Below are positions 14,711 through 15,432 of a stretch of DNA of 15,432 nt, piece by piece; the stretch's first letter is position 1, and the number at the start of each line of letters is the position of its first letter. Position numbers and translations under genes: made by a program. The notes under the pieces were generated by a model that did no database searches, had not been told where the DNA came from, and saw only the letters and a list, made by a program, of their open reading frames with translations. Location of the stretch: assembly GCA_046757525.1 (NCBI GenBank), contig JBHHYI010000098.1:1-15432 (forward strand), in the 5' to 3' direction. Origin of the DNA: a bacterium. Its GTDB lineage: Bacteria > Zhuqueibacterota > Zhuqueibacteria > Oceanimicrobiales > Oceanimicrobiaceae.

Positions 14711-15432
14711 GTGCGAGCTTCTTTGAAAAAAAAGGCGCAAAAGGCGGACGTCTCGCGGGCTGCACGGGCACCGGAGCTCCGCCTCGAAGTTAGAAAGCTG
14801 GCGGATCGCTGGGCCAAACGCGTGGTAGGCGCGGGAGGCTTCGCCATCATCGCCAGCATTCTGGCTATCCTGATTTTCATTTGCGCCGAAGTCCTGCCGC
14901 TGTTCCAATCGGCTCACGTTAAGGTGGCCAACACATTCAAGATTTCAGACTTAATTGCAGATGGCCCCGCAATGACTTCACAGCCGGTGGCGGTGGGCAT
15001 GGACGAGAATCAGGAAATCGGGTACCTCGTCCTGGAAACGGGTCTGGTGCAGTTTTTTTCCTTGAGAGACGGCCGGCCGCGCGAGCACTATCAAATCCAG
15101 GGATTGCGCAACGAACGTATCACTGCGGTCTGGCAGTCGCTCAGGGGCACCGAAGTGGCTTTTGGCACCAGTCGCGGCAGAGCGGGATCGGTGAGCATTG
15201 ACTTCGGTACAGGTTTCGTAGCCGGCGTCCGCCGCTACCAGCCACGGATTCTTCAACACGCGATTTATTCTCTGGACCGGGAGGGACACCGTGTCGAACG
15301 ACTGTCGGTTGCAGGAAAGAGTGGGGAGAGTCTGGCCATGGCAGCGCTTGGCGCGGACAAAAGGGTGCGCCTGTACATGCGCCAGCAGGAGGAGTCTTTA
15401 TTTGGAGATGTGCAGGTAGATTCCGCCAATTA
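14711..15432 (+). CDS. pstC: Long-form phosphate ABC permease PstC-like protein, N-terminal part (truncated by window end)
   Basis: Open frame from GTG 14711 (alternative TTG 14723) to the window end: RKLADRWAKRVVGAGGFAIIASILAILIFICAEVLPLF (TM1) then a beta-rich extracytoplasmic region; begins 6 nt after the pstS stop. The permease core is outside the window. Confidence 0.8.
   Translation, partial: MRASLKKKAQKADVSRAARAPELRLEVRKLADRWAKRVVGAGGFAIIASILAILIFICAEVLPLFQSAHVKVANTFKISDLIADGPAMTSQPVAVGMDENQEIGYLVLETGLVQFFSLRDGRPREHYQIQGLRNERITAVWQSLRGTEVAFGTSRGRAGSVSIDFGTGFVAGVRRYQPRILQHAIYSLDREGHRVERLSVAGKSGESLAMAALGADKRVRLYMRQQEESLFGDVQVDSAN

Noticed and set aside
13718..14917. 399-aa antisense ORF over pstS/pstC
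   Set aside because: Shadow frame of a conserved gene with strong codon bias; no recognisable motifs.

Overview
Chromosomal window from a diderm bacterium; gene content suggests a KSB1/Calditrichota/Ignavibacteria-like lineage, which is an inference only. Gene order on + : PaaK-family acyl-CoA ligase, Tat-signal amidase, an unannotated 55-aa two-TM protein, a tandem GlgC-family pair (first copy degenerate), and a sugar-nucleotidyltransferase fused to an apparently inactive phosphomutase. htpG lies on -. A phosphate-uptake locus follows on + (beta-barrel porin, pstS, long-form pstC running off the end), with two well-positioned Pho-box promoters. The most unusual content is intergenic. Nine copies of a GTC-tagged hairpin unit occur in the first 10 kb, with covarying stems, tandem GA/GA mismatches and swappable apical loops. 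Eight of them form four inverted doublets, each enclosed by a different IS-like terminal inverted repeat pair, two with perfect target-site duplications. One element is nested inside another. No transposase is encoded in the window.
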